Of a stretch of 40,710 nucleotides of DNA, positions 1 to 7,999 are shown in pieces (within the stretch, counting starts at the first letter, position 1; every line of letters starts with the position of its first letter). The notes beneath the pieces were generated by a model, which saw only the letters and a list, made by a program, of their open reading frames with translations, had not been told where the DNA came from and made no database searches. Source of the DNA: Candidatus Woesearchaeota archaeon (GTDB lineage: Archaea > Nanobdellota > Nanobdellia > UBA10117 > ARS21). The position numbers were made by a program, and so were the translations under genes. The stretch spans positions 1 to 40,710 of the forward strand of contig CAZUFS010000001.1 of assembly GCA_964619795.1 (NCBI GenBank). The letters are read 5' to 3'.

Positions 1-2
1 CG

Positions 3-68
3 AGTATTGATGAAGGTGGTCTTGAAAGATTAATAATTAGAGGAGTAATAAAAGAAAATGGTACATAA
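3..68 (+). CDS. 3' end of a CDS starting upstream of the window (product unknown)
   Basis: Frame is open from the window edge (..SIDEGGLERLIIRGVIKENGT) and ends at TAA 66-68. Too short to assign. Confidence 0.2.
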   Translation, partial: SIDEGGLERLIIRGVIKENGT

Positions 69-102
69 GACTTCAGAAAGTGAAAAAAGGGCTGCAGATA
101 AG

Positions 103-113
103 CTTTTTAAATT
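103..113 (+). promoter_or_regulatory. TATA/BRE-like element upstream of asnS
   Basis: CTTTTTAAATT matches the recurring promoter motif of this window. It lies about 38 nt upstream of the GTG at 146, implying a short leader. Confidence 0.4.
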
Positions 114-145
114 AAAACTACGAGATATAGCTATGGCAACAAAAG

Positions 146-1453
146 GTGATTGTCCCAATCTATAGTAGACGTTATCTAGCCAGAACTATTTCTGAAGTTC
201 AATCTTCAATTTATTCAAAAAAGACTGTTAAACTTAGAGGTTGGGTTGCTAAAAAGCGAGTACTCAAGGGTAAAATTTTCCTCTTGATAAGAGACAGCAC
301 AGGCATAATTCAATGCGTAATTGCCTCCGACAGTAAATTCTGGGATGTCGCAAGTGAAATAACTACTGAATCTTCATGTATGATTTCAGGTAAAATTGTT
401 CGAGATCCGCGTGCACCTGGCGGCTACGAATTACAAGTCTCAAAATTGGAAATTATTGGTTTGGCTGAAACTTGGCCAATCGCAAGAGATACAAGTCCGG
501 AATTCTTAAGAGATATTCGGCACCTGTCAATAAGACAACAACGGGCTCAAGCAATAATGAAAATCCGTTCCGGAGTTATTGGTGCATTTCATGAGTATTT
601 TAGAGGAAGAGGATATTTTGAACATCAATCTCCTAGTTTTACTCCGACTCCGGGAGAAAGTGGGGCTGAAACTTTTGAAGTAAAATATTTTGGTAAAAAG
701 GCTTATCTTACTCAGACTTGGCAATTATATGCAGAAATGATGATTCCTGTTTTGGAAAAAATTTATACTGTGGCACCAAGTTTCAGATCTGACAAATCTA
801 TGACTTCTCGACACTTAACTGAATTCTGGCATGCGGAAGTTGAAACTGCTTGGCAAGAATTCCCTGAGTTATTGGATACAATGGAAGAAGTTGTTAGATT
901 CATTTGTAAAAAAGTTGCAAGAGAATATAGATCTGAATTAACATTATTAGGAAAAGATTGGAAATATTTTGCAACCTTATCTAAGTTCCCTAGAATAACT
1001 TATCGCGAAGCTATTATTGAGTTAAGAAAGGCAGGATTTAAGACCAAATTTGGGGATGATTTAGGGACTAAGGAAGAAAAATTTCTAGTTGACAAGAGAA
1101 AAGTTCCTTTGTTTATCACTCACTATCCTACAAAATTAAAGGCATTTTATATGAAGCGAGATCCTGAAGATCCCGAACAAGTTTTGGCTTCGGATTTAAT
1201 GATTCCTGGAATCGGAGAACTGATTGGTTCTTCTGAGCGAAGTTTGGATTTTGAAGATGTAAAGAAGCGATTAAAGTTGGCAAAAGAAGATCCAAAAAAA
1301 TATGAGTTTTATTTTGATTTAAGTCGATACGGTAAGGTTCCTCACTCGGGTTTCGGAATGGGAATTGAAAGATTAGTTATGTGGTTAACTGGAGCAGATT
1401 CTGTCAAAGAATGTATTGCTTTCCCCAGAACTCCGACTAGATTTTCTCCTTAG
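146..1453 (+). CDS. asnS: asparaginyl-tRNA synthetase (class IIb aaRS)
   Basis: N-terminal OB fold (KLRGWV..IRDSTG). Motif 2 is FRSDKSMTSRHLTEFWHAEVE and motif 3 is GFGMGIERLVMWL. The EFWH.E.E motif and the C-terminal FPRTPTRFSP look like AsnRS rather than AspRS. Start is GTG, as in the ORF track. Confidence 0.8.
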   Translation: MIVPIYSRRYLARTISEVQSSIYSKKTVKLRGWVAKKRVLKGKIFLLIRDSTGIIQCVIASDSKFWDVASEITTESSCMISGKIVRDPRAPGGYELQVSKLEIIGLAETWPIARDTSPEFLRDIRHLSIRQQRAQAIMKIRSGVIGAFHEYFRGRGYFEHQSPSFTPTPGESGAETFEVKYFGKKAYLTQTWQLYAEMMIPVLEKIYTVAPSFRSDKSMTSRHLTEFWHAEVETAWQEFPELLDTMEEVVRFICKKVAREYRSELTLLGKDWKYFATLSKFPRITYREAIIELRKAGFKTKFGDDLGTKEEKFLVDKRKVPLFITHYPTKLKAFYMKRDPEDPEQVLASDLMIPGIGELIGSSERSLDFEDVKKRLKLAKEDPKKYEFYFDLSRYGKVPHSGFGMGIERLVMWLTGADSVKECIAFPRTPTRFSP

Positions 1454-1488
1454 GTCGATTTTTAAGTGTTCATTACACGCTAAAGATA

Positions 1489-1839
1489 ATGGTTCTAGAA
1501 GACAAACTGAATCGAGAGTATATTTCAATTCATTTTGATGAAACAGGTAAAACTGCACATCGGAGCAGACATTTGAGAATATCTGGAAACTTTTGGAAAA
1601 ATTATTTTGGATTATCTAAACTTACTGGACCTCAATCTCATGTTATTTATGAAGATTTGGATGAATTATATGAATATCTTGATTATTTGGACGAAAATTC
1701 AAGTTTTGTTGTTCGGAAACAAGAACGAGTGAATCCTGCAGCAGAAATTTATAGTGGCGCAATACTTATTGGTAGGATTCATGATAGTCGTCGCAGAGGG
1801 TTTAAACCTATAAATTATGGTAGACTGAAAACTTTCTAG
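1489..1839 (+). CDS. hypothetical protein (116 aa)
   Basis: ORF fills the gap between asnS and tRNA-Asn. No recognisable motif. Confidence 0.4.
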   Translation: MVLEDKLNREYISIHFDETGKTAHRSRHLRISGNFWKNYFGLSKLTGPQSHVIYEDLDELYEYLDYLDENSSFVVRKQERVNPAAEIYSGAILIGRIHDSRRRGFKPINYGRLKTF

Positions 1840-1842
1840 AAA

Positions 1843-1853
1843 CCTTTAAAAAA
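1843..1853 (+). promoter_or_regulatory. TATA-like element for tRNA-Asn
   Basis: CCTTTAAAAAA is centred about 29 nt upstream of the tRNA 5' end at 1877. Confidence 0.45.
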
Positions 1854-1876
1854 CGCCGACATAATTTATTTTTAGT

Positions 1877-1948
1877 GCAGACGTAGCTTAGCGGTAGAGC
1901 GCGTGGCTGTTAACCACGAGGTCGGAGGTTCGATCCCTCCCGTCTGCG
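1877..1948 (+). tRNA. tRNA-Asn (GTT)
   Basis: Cloverleaf read by eye. Acceptor is GCAGACG/CGTCTGC, anticodon arm is CGTGG-CTGTTAA-CCACG, T arm is GGAGG-TTCGATC-CCTCC. No CCA is encoded. Confidence 0.9.
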
Positions 1949-1949
1949 T

Positions 1950-2870
1950 TTATAATTTTAATTGCTCTTTCATAGATTGATAGAACTTCATTTGGTTGTG
2001 TAATTTATTGAGTAATTCGGGTTCACTCAATTTGAATTCTTTTTGATTAAAGTAATCCATTAAGAATCTAGCAGATAATTCCAAAGTTATTAAACCTGCG
2101 GCCGTCGGAATTAATGATTCATCAATAGACTCGTTTCTAGAAATATATCCTTTAATTGATGCGTCAAATCTTTTTTTATCAAAATTATATTCTTCGTCTT
2201 TTGACCAACTTCTTAATGCATCTCCGATGTCAATCAATTCGTTTCCATACATTATAGTTTCAAAATCTACAATCCCGGTTACTGCATTATTTTTGTAGAG
2301 AAAATTTTGCCATTTAGGATCTCCGTGGATTAATCGAGAAGGTAAATGTGGGAGATAAAATTTCTCAATATCGCTAGTTATCAATTCATAATATTCTGAA
2401 ACATCTGACCATTTTTCAGAAGATCCATTACTTAAATGAACAGATAATAATTCATTCATTATTTTCCGAGTGTCATGGAAATTAGGAATTGAATATTCTA
2501 ATTCAACATTAAAATCTTCAGTTTGTAGATGGAACTCTGCCAGAGTTTCACCTAAATTAAAACATAAATCTGATGTCAAAGTTTCCAAGTCTTCGTTGTC
2601 AATGTAAGTAAGAACTCGATACGTCTTGCCGTCTTGTTTGTGAAATAATTTTCCAGAATTTGATTTGAGTTGTTTAGGTATTTGAACATTTGAGTTCCAA
2701 ATTGATTCCAGAGACTGATGATCTTGCGTTATTCTTTTGTCTTTGATTTCTTGAAGTATGAATTTATCGATGGAAGTTCTAACAAAATAGGTTTCATTCA
2801 TAATTCCGCTATCTACTTTTTTTATTTCTTTGACTTCACCCAGATTATAGTTCTTCAAAACTTCTTCCAT
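1950..2870 (-). CDS. APH/choline-kinase-fold phosphotransferase (homoserine kinase type II / MTR-kinase-like)
   Basis: Brenner-type catalytic motif LIHGDPKWQNF followed by IVDFE. Size of 306 aa is typical of the family. Substrate unknown. Confidence 0.65.
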   Translation of the reverse strand: MEEVLKNYNLGEVKEIKKVDSGIMNETYFVRTSIDKFILQEIKDKRITQDHQSLESIWNSNVQIPKQLKSNSGKLFHKQDGKTYRVLTYIDNEDLETLTSDLCFNLGETLAEFHLQTEDFNVELEYSIPNFHDTRKIMNELLSVHLSNGSSEKWSDVSEYYELITSDIEKFYLPHLPSRLIHGDPKWQNFLYKNNAVTGIVDFETIMYGNELIDIGDALRSWSKDEEYNFDKKRFDASIKGYISRNESIDESLIPTAAGLITLELSARFLMDYFNQKEFKLSEPELLNKLHNQMKFYQSMKEQLKL

Positions 2871-2890
2871 TCTTTTCGCTATTCTATCGA

Positions 2891-2901
2891 CTATAAAAAG
2901 G
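2891..2901 (-). promoter_or_regulatory. TATA-like element for the kinase gene (leaderless spacing)
   Basis: Minus-strand CCTTTTTATAG is centred 26 nt upstream of the ATG at 2870. Confidence 0.45.
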
Positions 2902-2962
2902 TTCAGAATTGACCTTCTTATTCAATCCCAACCTATATTATTATTATTTTAATTTGGAAAAA

Positions 2963-2972
2963 AGATAAAAAG
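2963..2972 (+). promoter_or_regulatory. TATA-like element for the VIT-family gene
   Basis: AGATAAAAAG is centred about 25 nt upstream of the ATG at 2993. Confidence 0.35.
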
Positions 2973-2992
2973 AATCAGATTTAACTTTATTT

Positions 2993-3517
2993 ATGAAACA
3001 TCATTTGTCAGAGAATATTAGAGAAGTTGTTTTTGGTGTTGAAGATGGTGCCGTCGGAAATTTAGGGGTTGTAATTGGAATGGCTCAAGCAGCTGCGCCA
3101 AATAAATTTATTCTATTAGCGGGTTTCGCAACAATGTTGGCTCAAACTATTTCGATGAGTGCAGGAACTTATCTCTCCATAAAATCGGAAAAGGAATACT
3201 TCTCGGTTAAAGAAAATAATAGAAAATATGGAAGAGAGTATGCAAAACATAAAGTACCCTTACTATCAACTTTTTTTATGGGAATATCAGTTATGATTGG
3301 AGCATTGATTCCTTTAACTTCATTTTTCATTTTTGAAGGTACAGCAGGTATTATTCCTGCAATAGCATTCACTTTGACAGGATTGTTTTTATTGGGAGTG
3401 ATAAAAGCAGAATATACTAATAAACATTGGTTTAAATCAGGAGCCGAAGTGCTACTTATTGGCGGTTTAGCTGCAACTGCAGGATATATTATTGGAAATA
3501 TATTTAGTGGAATTTAA
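2993..3517 (+). CDS. VIT1/CCC1-family (DUF125) membrane protein, putative Fe/Mn transporter
   Basis: N-terminal REVVFGVEDGAVGNLGVVIGMA motif plus several hydrophobic segments. Confidence 0.65.
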   Translation: MKHHLSENIREVVFGVEDGAVGNLGVVIGMAQAAAPNKFILLAGFATMLAQTISMSAGTYLSIKSEKEYFSVKENNRKYGREYAKHKVPLLSTFFMGISVMIGALIPLTSFFIFEGTAGIIPAIAFTLTGLFLLGVIKAEYTNKHWFKSGAEVLLIGGLAATAGYIIGNIFSGI

Positions 3518-3556
3518 AAAAGTAAACATTATATATTGAGTTCTTATAATTTTTTT

Positions 3557-4153
3557 ATGAAATTGATTGGTCACGGTGCTGAAGCAAAAGTTTATGAAAA
3601 AGGAGATTACATATTAAAAGAAAGATTAAAGAAAAAATATCGACATCCTTCAATTGATATTAAACTAAGAAAACTTCGTACTCGTTCTGAAGGAAAATTA
3701 TTGAAAAAAGTATTGAATCTGGGAATTAATGTACCTAAAGTTTTGAAATCTGATGATAAAAAAATGATTTTAGAAATGGAAAAAATTGAAGGAATAACAG
3801 TTAGAGATATTTTGGATAGTTCAGATGAGGACTTGAAGAATAAAATCTGTAAAGAACTTGGTAAAACTATGAAAAGACTTCATCAAAATAATATTATTCA
3901 TGGAGATTTGACTACTTCAAATATGATTTGGAATGAAAAACTATTTTTAATCGATTTTGGGCTGGGAAAAGTTTCAACCCGTGTTGAAGATAAAGCAGTA
4001 GATGTTCATCTTTTGAAAGAATGTCTAAAAAGTAAACACCACGCCCATTGGTTAACTTATTGGAGGGTGTTCAAAAAATCGTATGGATTGAAGAGAACCT
4101 TTGAGCAACTAGAAAAGGTGGAAGCTCGTACGAGATATAATCGAATTAGTTAA
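3557..4153 (+). CDS. bud32: Bud32/PRPK-type small atypical kinase (KEOPS subunit)
   Basis: Contains GAEAKVY, IIHGDLTTSNMI and LIDFGLG. At about 200 aa it is typical of stand-alone archaeal Bud32. The ATG at 3557 is preferred over the TTG at 3536 in the ORF track. Confidence 0.8.
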   Translation: MKLIGHGAEAKVYEKGDYILKERLKKKYRHPSIDIKLRKLRTRSEGKLLKKVLNLGINVPKVLKSDDKKMILEMEKIEGITVRDILDSSDEDLKNKICKELGKTMKRLHQNNIIHGDLTTSNMIWNEKLFLIDFGLGKVSTRVEDKAVDVHLLKECLKSKHHAHWLTYWRVFKKSYGLKRTFEQLEKVEARTRYNRIS

Positions 4154-4252
4154 ATTTAAAAAGGTGACAACTTATTCCATATCAGGATGAGTTGGCTAAG
4201 GCGAGCTTATACCGGAAAGGTATATTCTTAGTTTATTTATCCAAACAAACAT

Positions 4253-4708
4253 ATGGCACGAATACATGCACGAGTTAAAGGAAAATCTGGAAGTAAAAAG
4301 CCGCTTGATAACAAGGTTCCTAAGTGGGTTGAGAAAAAACCTAAAGAAATTGTAACTTTAGTTGAAAAACTTGCAAAACAAGATTTGAGTTCAAGTCAAA
4401 TCGGATTGACTTTAAGAGACTCTTATGGTGTGCCGAGCATTAAATTAATTACTGGGAAAAGCATTTCTGAAATTTTGAAAGATTCTAAATTAGTTGGAAA
4501 CGTTCCAGAAGATTTGAAAAATTTAATTAAACGAGCAATTACTATTCGAAAACATCTAACTTTGAATCGTAAAGATAAATTCAGTAGACGAGGTCTACAA
4601 CTTACTGAAGCAAAGATTAGACGGATTCAAAAATATTACAAGACAAAGGGAGTTCTGCCTGCAGATTGGAATTATCATCCGGACCGAGCAGAGTTATTGG
4701 TAGATTAA
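4253..4708 (+). CDS. rps15: 30S ribosomal protein S15 (uS15, archaeal S15P/S13e type)
   Basis: N-terminus MARIHARVKGKSGSKKP, 151 aa, typical archaeal S15 pattern. Confidence 0.85.
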   Translation: MARIHARVKGKSGSKKPLDNKVPKWVEKKPKEIVTLVEKLAKQDLSSSQIGLTLRDSYGVPSIKLITGKSISEILKDSKLVGNVPEDLKNLIKRAITIRKHLTLNRKDKFSRRGLQLTEAKIRRIQKYYKTKGVLPADWNYHPDRAELLVD

Positions 4709-4709
4709 T

Positions 4710-5294
4710 ATGGCTAAGAAATCAAGTTCAACAAAATTGAAGGTAAGAAAAGGTAAGAAAAGATGGTTCCCAGTTATGGCTCCAAAGTCTCTTGGCGGAA
4801 AGGAGATTGCGCAAATTACTGCCTATGATCCTTCAGAACTTATGAATCGAAATTTACTTGTTCCAATGAAGGCAATTACTGGTTCAGCAAGAGATAATAA
4901 TCTTAGTGTTAAATTAACTATTTCTAAAGTTCAAGGAGATACTGCTCAAACAACTTCCATCGGAATATTTACAAGTGACTCTCAAATATCAAGAACAGGT
5001 AGAAGAAAGAGTACAAAAATCGACTCAGTATTTTATGTTAAAGATAAATCAGATACAGATATAAAAATCAAATTTGCCTTATTCGCTAGAGAAAACCTGA
5101 CTAAGGTTTTGAAGAATGATTTAAGAACTTTGGCTCAAGAACAAATTACTAAAGTTTTGAAGAAGCAAGAAAGCGTAGATTTCTTTACTTCTGAATCGGT
5201 AAAGGGGATGGGTTTTGATTTAAAGAAAAATTTGAAGCAAGTTTACCCGATTAGTGATGCAGTAATCTGGAAAGCATCAAAGATTAGTAACTAA
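4710..5294 (+). CDS. rps3ae: 30S ribosomal protein S3Ae (eS1)
   Basis: KGKKRWFPVMAPKSLGGKEI is the typical S3Ae N-terminus. The gene starts 1 nt after the rps15 stop. Confidence 0.8.
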   Translation: MAKKSSSTKLKVRKGKKRWFPVMAPKSLGGKEIAQITAYDPSELMNRNLLVPMKAITGSARDNNLSVKLTISKVQGDTAQTTSIGIFTSDSQISRTGRRKSTKIDSVFYVKDKSDTDIKIKFALFARENLTKVLKNDLRTLAQEQITKVLKKQESVDFFTSESVKGMGFDLKKNLKQVYPISDAVIWKASKISN

Positions 5295-5302
5295 TTTTAT
5301 AT

Positions 5303-5326
5303 ATCAAAACAACATAGTGTTTTGAT
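5303..5326 (+). terminator. perfect 9-bp hairpin just after rps3ae
   Basis: ATCAAAACA-acatag-TGTTTTGAT lies 8 nt after the stop codon. Confidence 0.3.
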
Positions 5327-5416
5327 GGAAAAATCAAATCTTGAAGAATTAAAAAAACAATTTTCTCATTTCGATTGGGATAAGATTTTGGGCGTTAAAT
5401 CTGAAAAAAAATAATT

Positions 5417-7297
5417 TTATCGTAATCTTAGACTGTCTACCGGTCTAGGACTTAGAGTTTCTACTCTGAATCGCTTGTGTATTTCTCGAGCAAGATTAAT
5501 AGTCATAGATTTTTCACCGTGGACCGTTAATACTCGTCTTGGCTTAGGTTTCAATTTTCCCATGTAGTCCATTAACTCTCCAAATAACGCGTGTCCGCTA
5601 AGCGAGAACGATTTGACTTCCATTTTTACATTCAGTTCTTCTCCATCCAACCTGACCAATTTTTCACCCTTTTGCATTCGATCTCCCGGACTATTATAAA
5701 ATTGATATACTACAAACGCCACTGAGTTTTTTGGATCATCATGTAATTTGCTCAGATACTGTACTGACGGACCGCCCACAAGCATTCCTGAAGTTGCTAA
5801 AATAATGCACGAACCGCCATCAATTACCTTTCTTCGTTCTTTTCCTGAACCGACTTGTTTGAAAAATTCTGCCTCAAATGGGCTCTTTCCTTTGTGAATT
5901 GCTGATCGTAATTTATCATTTAGATATTCGGGGTAAGCTGTGTGAATTGCAGTTATGTCCCAAACCATACCGTCGATATACACGGGAACATCTTTAATTT
6001 TCTTTTCTCTAAACAGTTCTTCAATCAAAATCATGGTTTCCTGAGCTCTTCCGACTCCCAAGACTGGAACTAATAATTTTCCTCCCCGTTTTACGACTTC
6101 ATACGCGTGTTCTTTGAATTCTGCTTCAGATTTGGCTCGATCGGGAGATGTTCTCTCGGGATTTCCATATGTACTCTCTGTGATAAAAGTTTCAACTCGA
6201 GGAAATACGTGGCTTGCTCCATTTAGCAACCTAGTGTTGACTACTTTGTAATCTCCAGAATATAACAAATTGTGGAATCCATCTCCAATATTAAAGTGAC
6301 ACATTGCGCTACCTAAGATGTGTCCGGCATTGTGTAAAGTTAGACGAATGTCGGGAGTAATATCTGTTACTTCACCATAATTTAGCGTTATGGTATGTTT
6401 AGATGAATTTTTGACGTCTGTTGAATCAAAAATTGCCTTATTTCCTTGCGCTATTGCAATATGAGTCATATCGAGTTGGCTCATTGCCATAATATCCCGG
6501 GTTGGTGCAGTACAATATACTGGGCCTCTATAACCATATTTGAATAAGTACGGTAAGAACCCGCAGTGGTCGATGTGTGCATGAGAAATAACTACTGCAT
6601 CTAATTCAGATATACTAAATTCGGGAACTGTGATTCTCGGGTAAGAATCGTGTCCTGAAGTCGCAGGATTGATTCCGCAGTCAATTAAAACATTACTTTC
6701 CGGTGTTTGGAGTAAGAATGCAGATCTTCCAACTTGTTGAGTCGCACCTAAAAAACTAATTCGAACCCACATTTCAGATTTATCTCGGGCTCGGTTAAAT
6801 TCGTATATTCTTTTTCCAGTCTCATTCAAAAATTTCCTTCTTTCTGAAGAATCCTCGTGTATTACTCTTCGAATTAAATTGGTGATTTTAGAAGTAATAA
6901 TTGAGTCTCGTCTAACAACTGGTGTCCAAAAAGTTTTTTCACGGAGTTCATTAATCAATGAGCCCTTAATTCCAATAACGTCGTTTGGATTTCGAGAATC
7001 AATAATCATGACGCTTCTTGCTGGTTCAAATAAAATCTGAGTAATGTCTGCAGATTTAGGAACTATCTTTTTTACTAATTCTTCGGCTTTACTTTCAGGC
7101 ATTAATAAAAGTGGGTCTGCTCGCAATTCAATTCGCTTTTTGTATTTAGAAACAAGTTCTCGAATTTTCGAGATTCCATTTTTGAAAAAAGTTTTGTCTC
7201 TAGAATAAATAACTAAGTTCGCACCCTCATAGTGCTGACTAGTTATTAACTTATTCTTCGGTATGTCATTAATTACTTGTTCTAACACGGAAGTCAT
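5417..7297 (-). CDS. aCPSF1: KH-domain beta-CASP / metallo-beta-lactamase ribonuclease
   Basis: HAHIDHCG metallo-beta-lactamase motif, N-terminal KH-like region, and 626 aa as in archaeal CPSF1 homologues. Confidence 0.85.
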   Translation of the reverse strand: MTSVLEQVINDIPKNKLITSQHYEGANLVIYSRDKTFFKNGISKIRELVSKYKKRIELRADPLLLMPESKAEELVKKIVPKSADITQILFEPARSVMIIDSRNPNDVIGIKGSLINELREKTFWTPVVRRDSIITSKITNLIRRVIHEDSSERRKFLNETGKRIYEFNRARDKSEMWVRISFLGATQQVGRSAFLLQTPESNVLIDCGINPATSGHDSYPRITVPEFSISELDAVVISHAHIDHCGFLPYLFKYGYRGPVYCTAPTRDIMAMSQLDMTHIAIAQGNKAIFDSTDVKNSSKHTITLNYGEVTDITPDIRLTLHNAGHILGSAMCHFNIGDGFHNLLYSGDYKVVNTRLLNGASHVFPRVETFITESTYGNPERTSPDRAKSEAEFKEHAYEVVKRGGKLLVPVLGVGRAQETMILIEELFREKKIKDVPVYIDGMVWDITAIHTAYPEYLNDKLRSAIHKGKSPFEAEFFKQVGSGKERRKVIDGGSCIILATSGMLVGGPSVQYLSKLHDDPKNSVAFVVYQFYNSPGDRMQKGEKLVRLDGEELNVKMEVKSFSLSGHALFGELMDYMGKLKPKPRRVLTVHGEKSMTINLAREIHKRFRVETLSPRPVDSLRLR

Positions 7298-7307
7298 TGT
7301 AAAATAC

Positions 7308-7940
7308 TTATTTTTCCAGCATCATAGAAACTGTTTTTGTATCAACTTTTCTATAACCTTTATTATCGATAACAGAAATTACAATTCCGTCACCGCTCGC
7401 AGAATCTCTCCGAATTGCGGTATAGATTGCACGAGTAGCAAGTTCAATTGCCTCTTTTTCTGTCATATCTTTTTTGTAATGTTCTTGCAATATTCCTAAT
7501 GCAAACATCATTCCCGATCCTGTTGCTGTATATGGATCTTCGATTGCTGCACCAGACGGATCAAAAGACATTAACTTGAAAGTTTTGTCTCGCGAAAGTC
7601 CTGCGATAATTGCTTGGATCATGAATGGGCTCCATCTCTTGTATCCTGAATAAACGGTGTTTTGAAGCACGGAAGATAGTGTTTCTATTGTTGCGCTCTT
7701 CTTATTTTCAAGTTCGAATAATTTCATTTCGGCTTGCATGTGTTTTAACAATACTTGATTGTCGCTGACAGTTCCAGCAGTAGTAATTGCCAAATTATCT
7801 GTTACCGGAAATACTTTGTCTACTCGAGACATAATCATTCTTCCTAATGTAACTCTTTGGTCAGTTGCTAAAACTACTCCGCCTTTGTAAGTTAGGCCGA
7901 CAGTTGTTGTTCCCTTTTTTGGTTCAATTTTTTGTTCCAT
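7308..7940 (-). CDS. psmB: proteasome beta subunit
   Basis: Propeptide followed by GTTTVGLTYKGGVVLATD (Thr1 nucleophile context). 210 aa. Confidence 0.9.
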   Translation of the reverse strand: MEQKIEPKKGTTTVGLTYKGGVVLATDQRVTLGRMIMSRVDKVFPVTDNLAITTAGTVSDNQVLLKHMQAEMKLFELENKKSATIETLSSVLQNTVYSGYKRWSPFMIQAIIAGLSRDKTFKLMSFDPSGAAIEDPYTATGSGMMFALGILQEHYKKDMTEKEAIELATRAIYTAIRRDSASGDGIVISVIDNKGYRKVDTKTVSMMLEK

Positions 7941-7970
7941 TAAATCACCAGAATACTAATTCTTTATTTC

Positions 7971-7985
7971 TTTAATTTAAAAGAC
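7971..7985 (-). promoter_or_regulatory. TATA-like element for psmB-aCPSF1
   Basis: Minus-strand GTCTTTTAAATTAAA lies about 38 nt upstream of the ATG. A GGTGAT Shine-Dalgarno-like hexamer sits 3 nt before the ATG. Confidence 0.35.
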
Positions 7986-7999
7986 TTTCTAATGGAATA

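Noticed and set aside
146-160. Alternative ATC start for asnS at 158, downstream of a GGTGAT Shine-Dalgarno-like hexamer (by analogy with metG)
   Set aside because: An in-frame GTG at 146 is available, and the TATA spacing is compatible with a short leader. There is no need to invoke a non-canonical start here.
4184-4224. tRNA 5'-half-like sequence or split tRNA in the bud32-rps15 gap. GGATGAG-TT-GGCT-AAGGCG-AGCT is followed by the hairpin TATACC-GGAAA-GGTATA.
   Set aside because: There is no T arm and no matching 3' acceptor strand (CTCATCC) anywhere in the window. The loop has no U33. The resemblance is weak, so the 6-bp hairpin is more simply a 3'-UTR or promoter-proximal element.
5325-5414. 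29-aa ORF (MEKSNLEELKKQFSHFDWDKILGVKSEKK) in the rps3ae/aCPSF1 convergent gap
   Set aside because: It is very short, has no promoter-motif box at the usual spacing, and begins inside the terminator-like hairpin. There is not enough evidence to call it.
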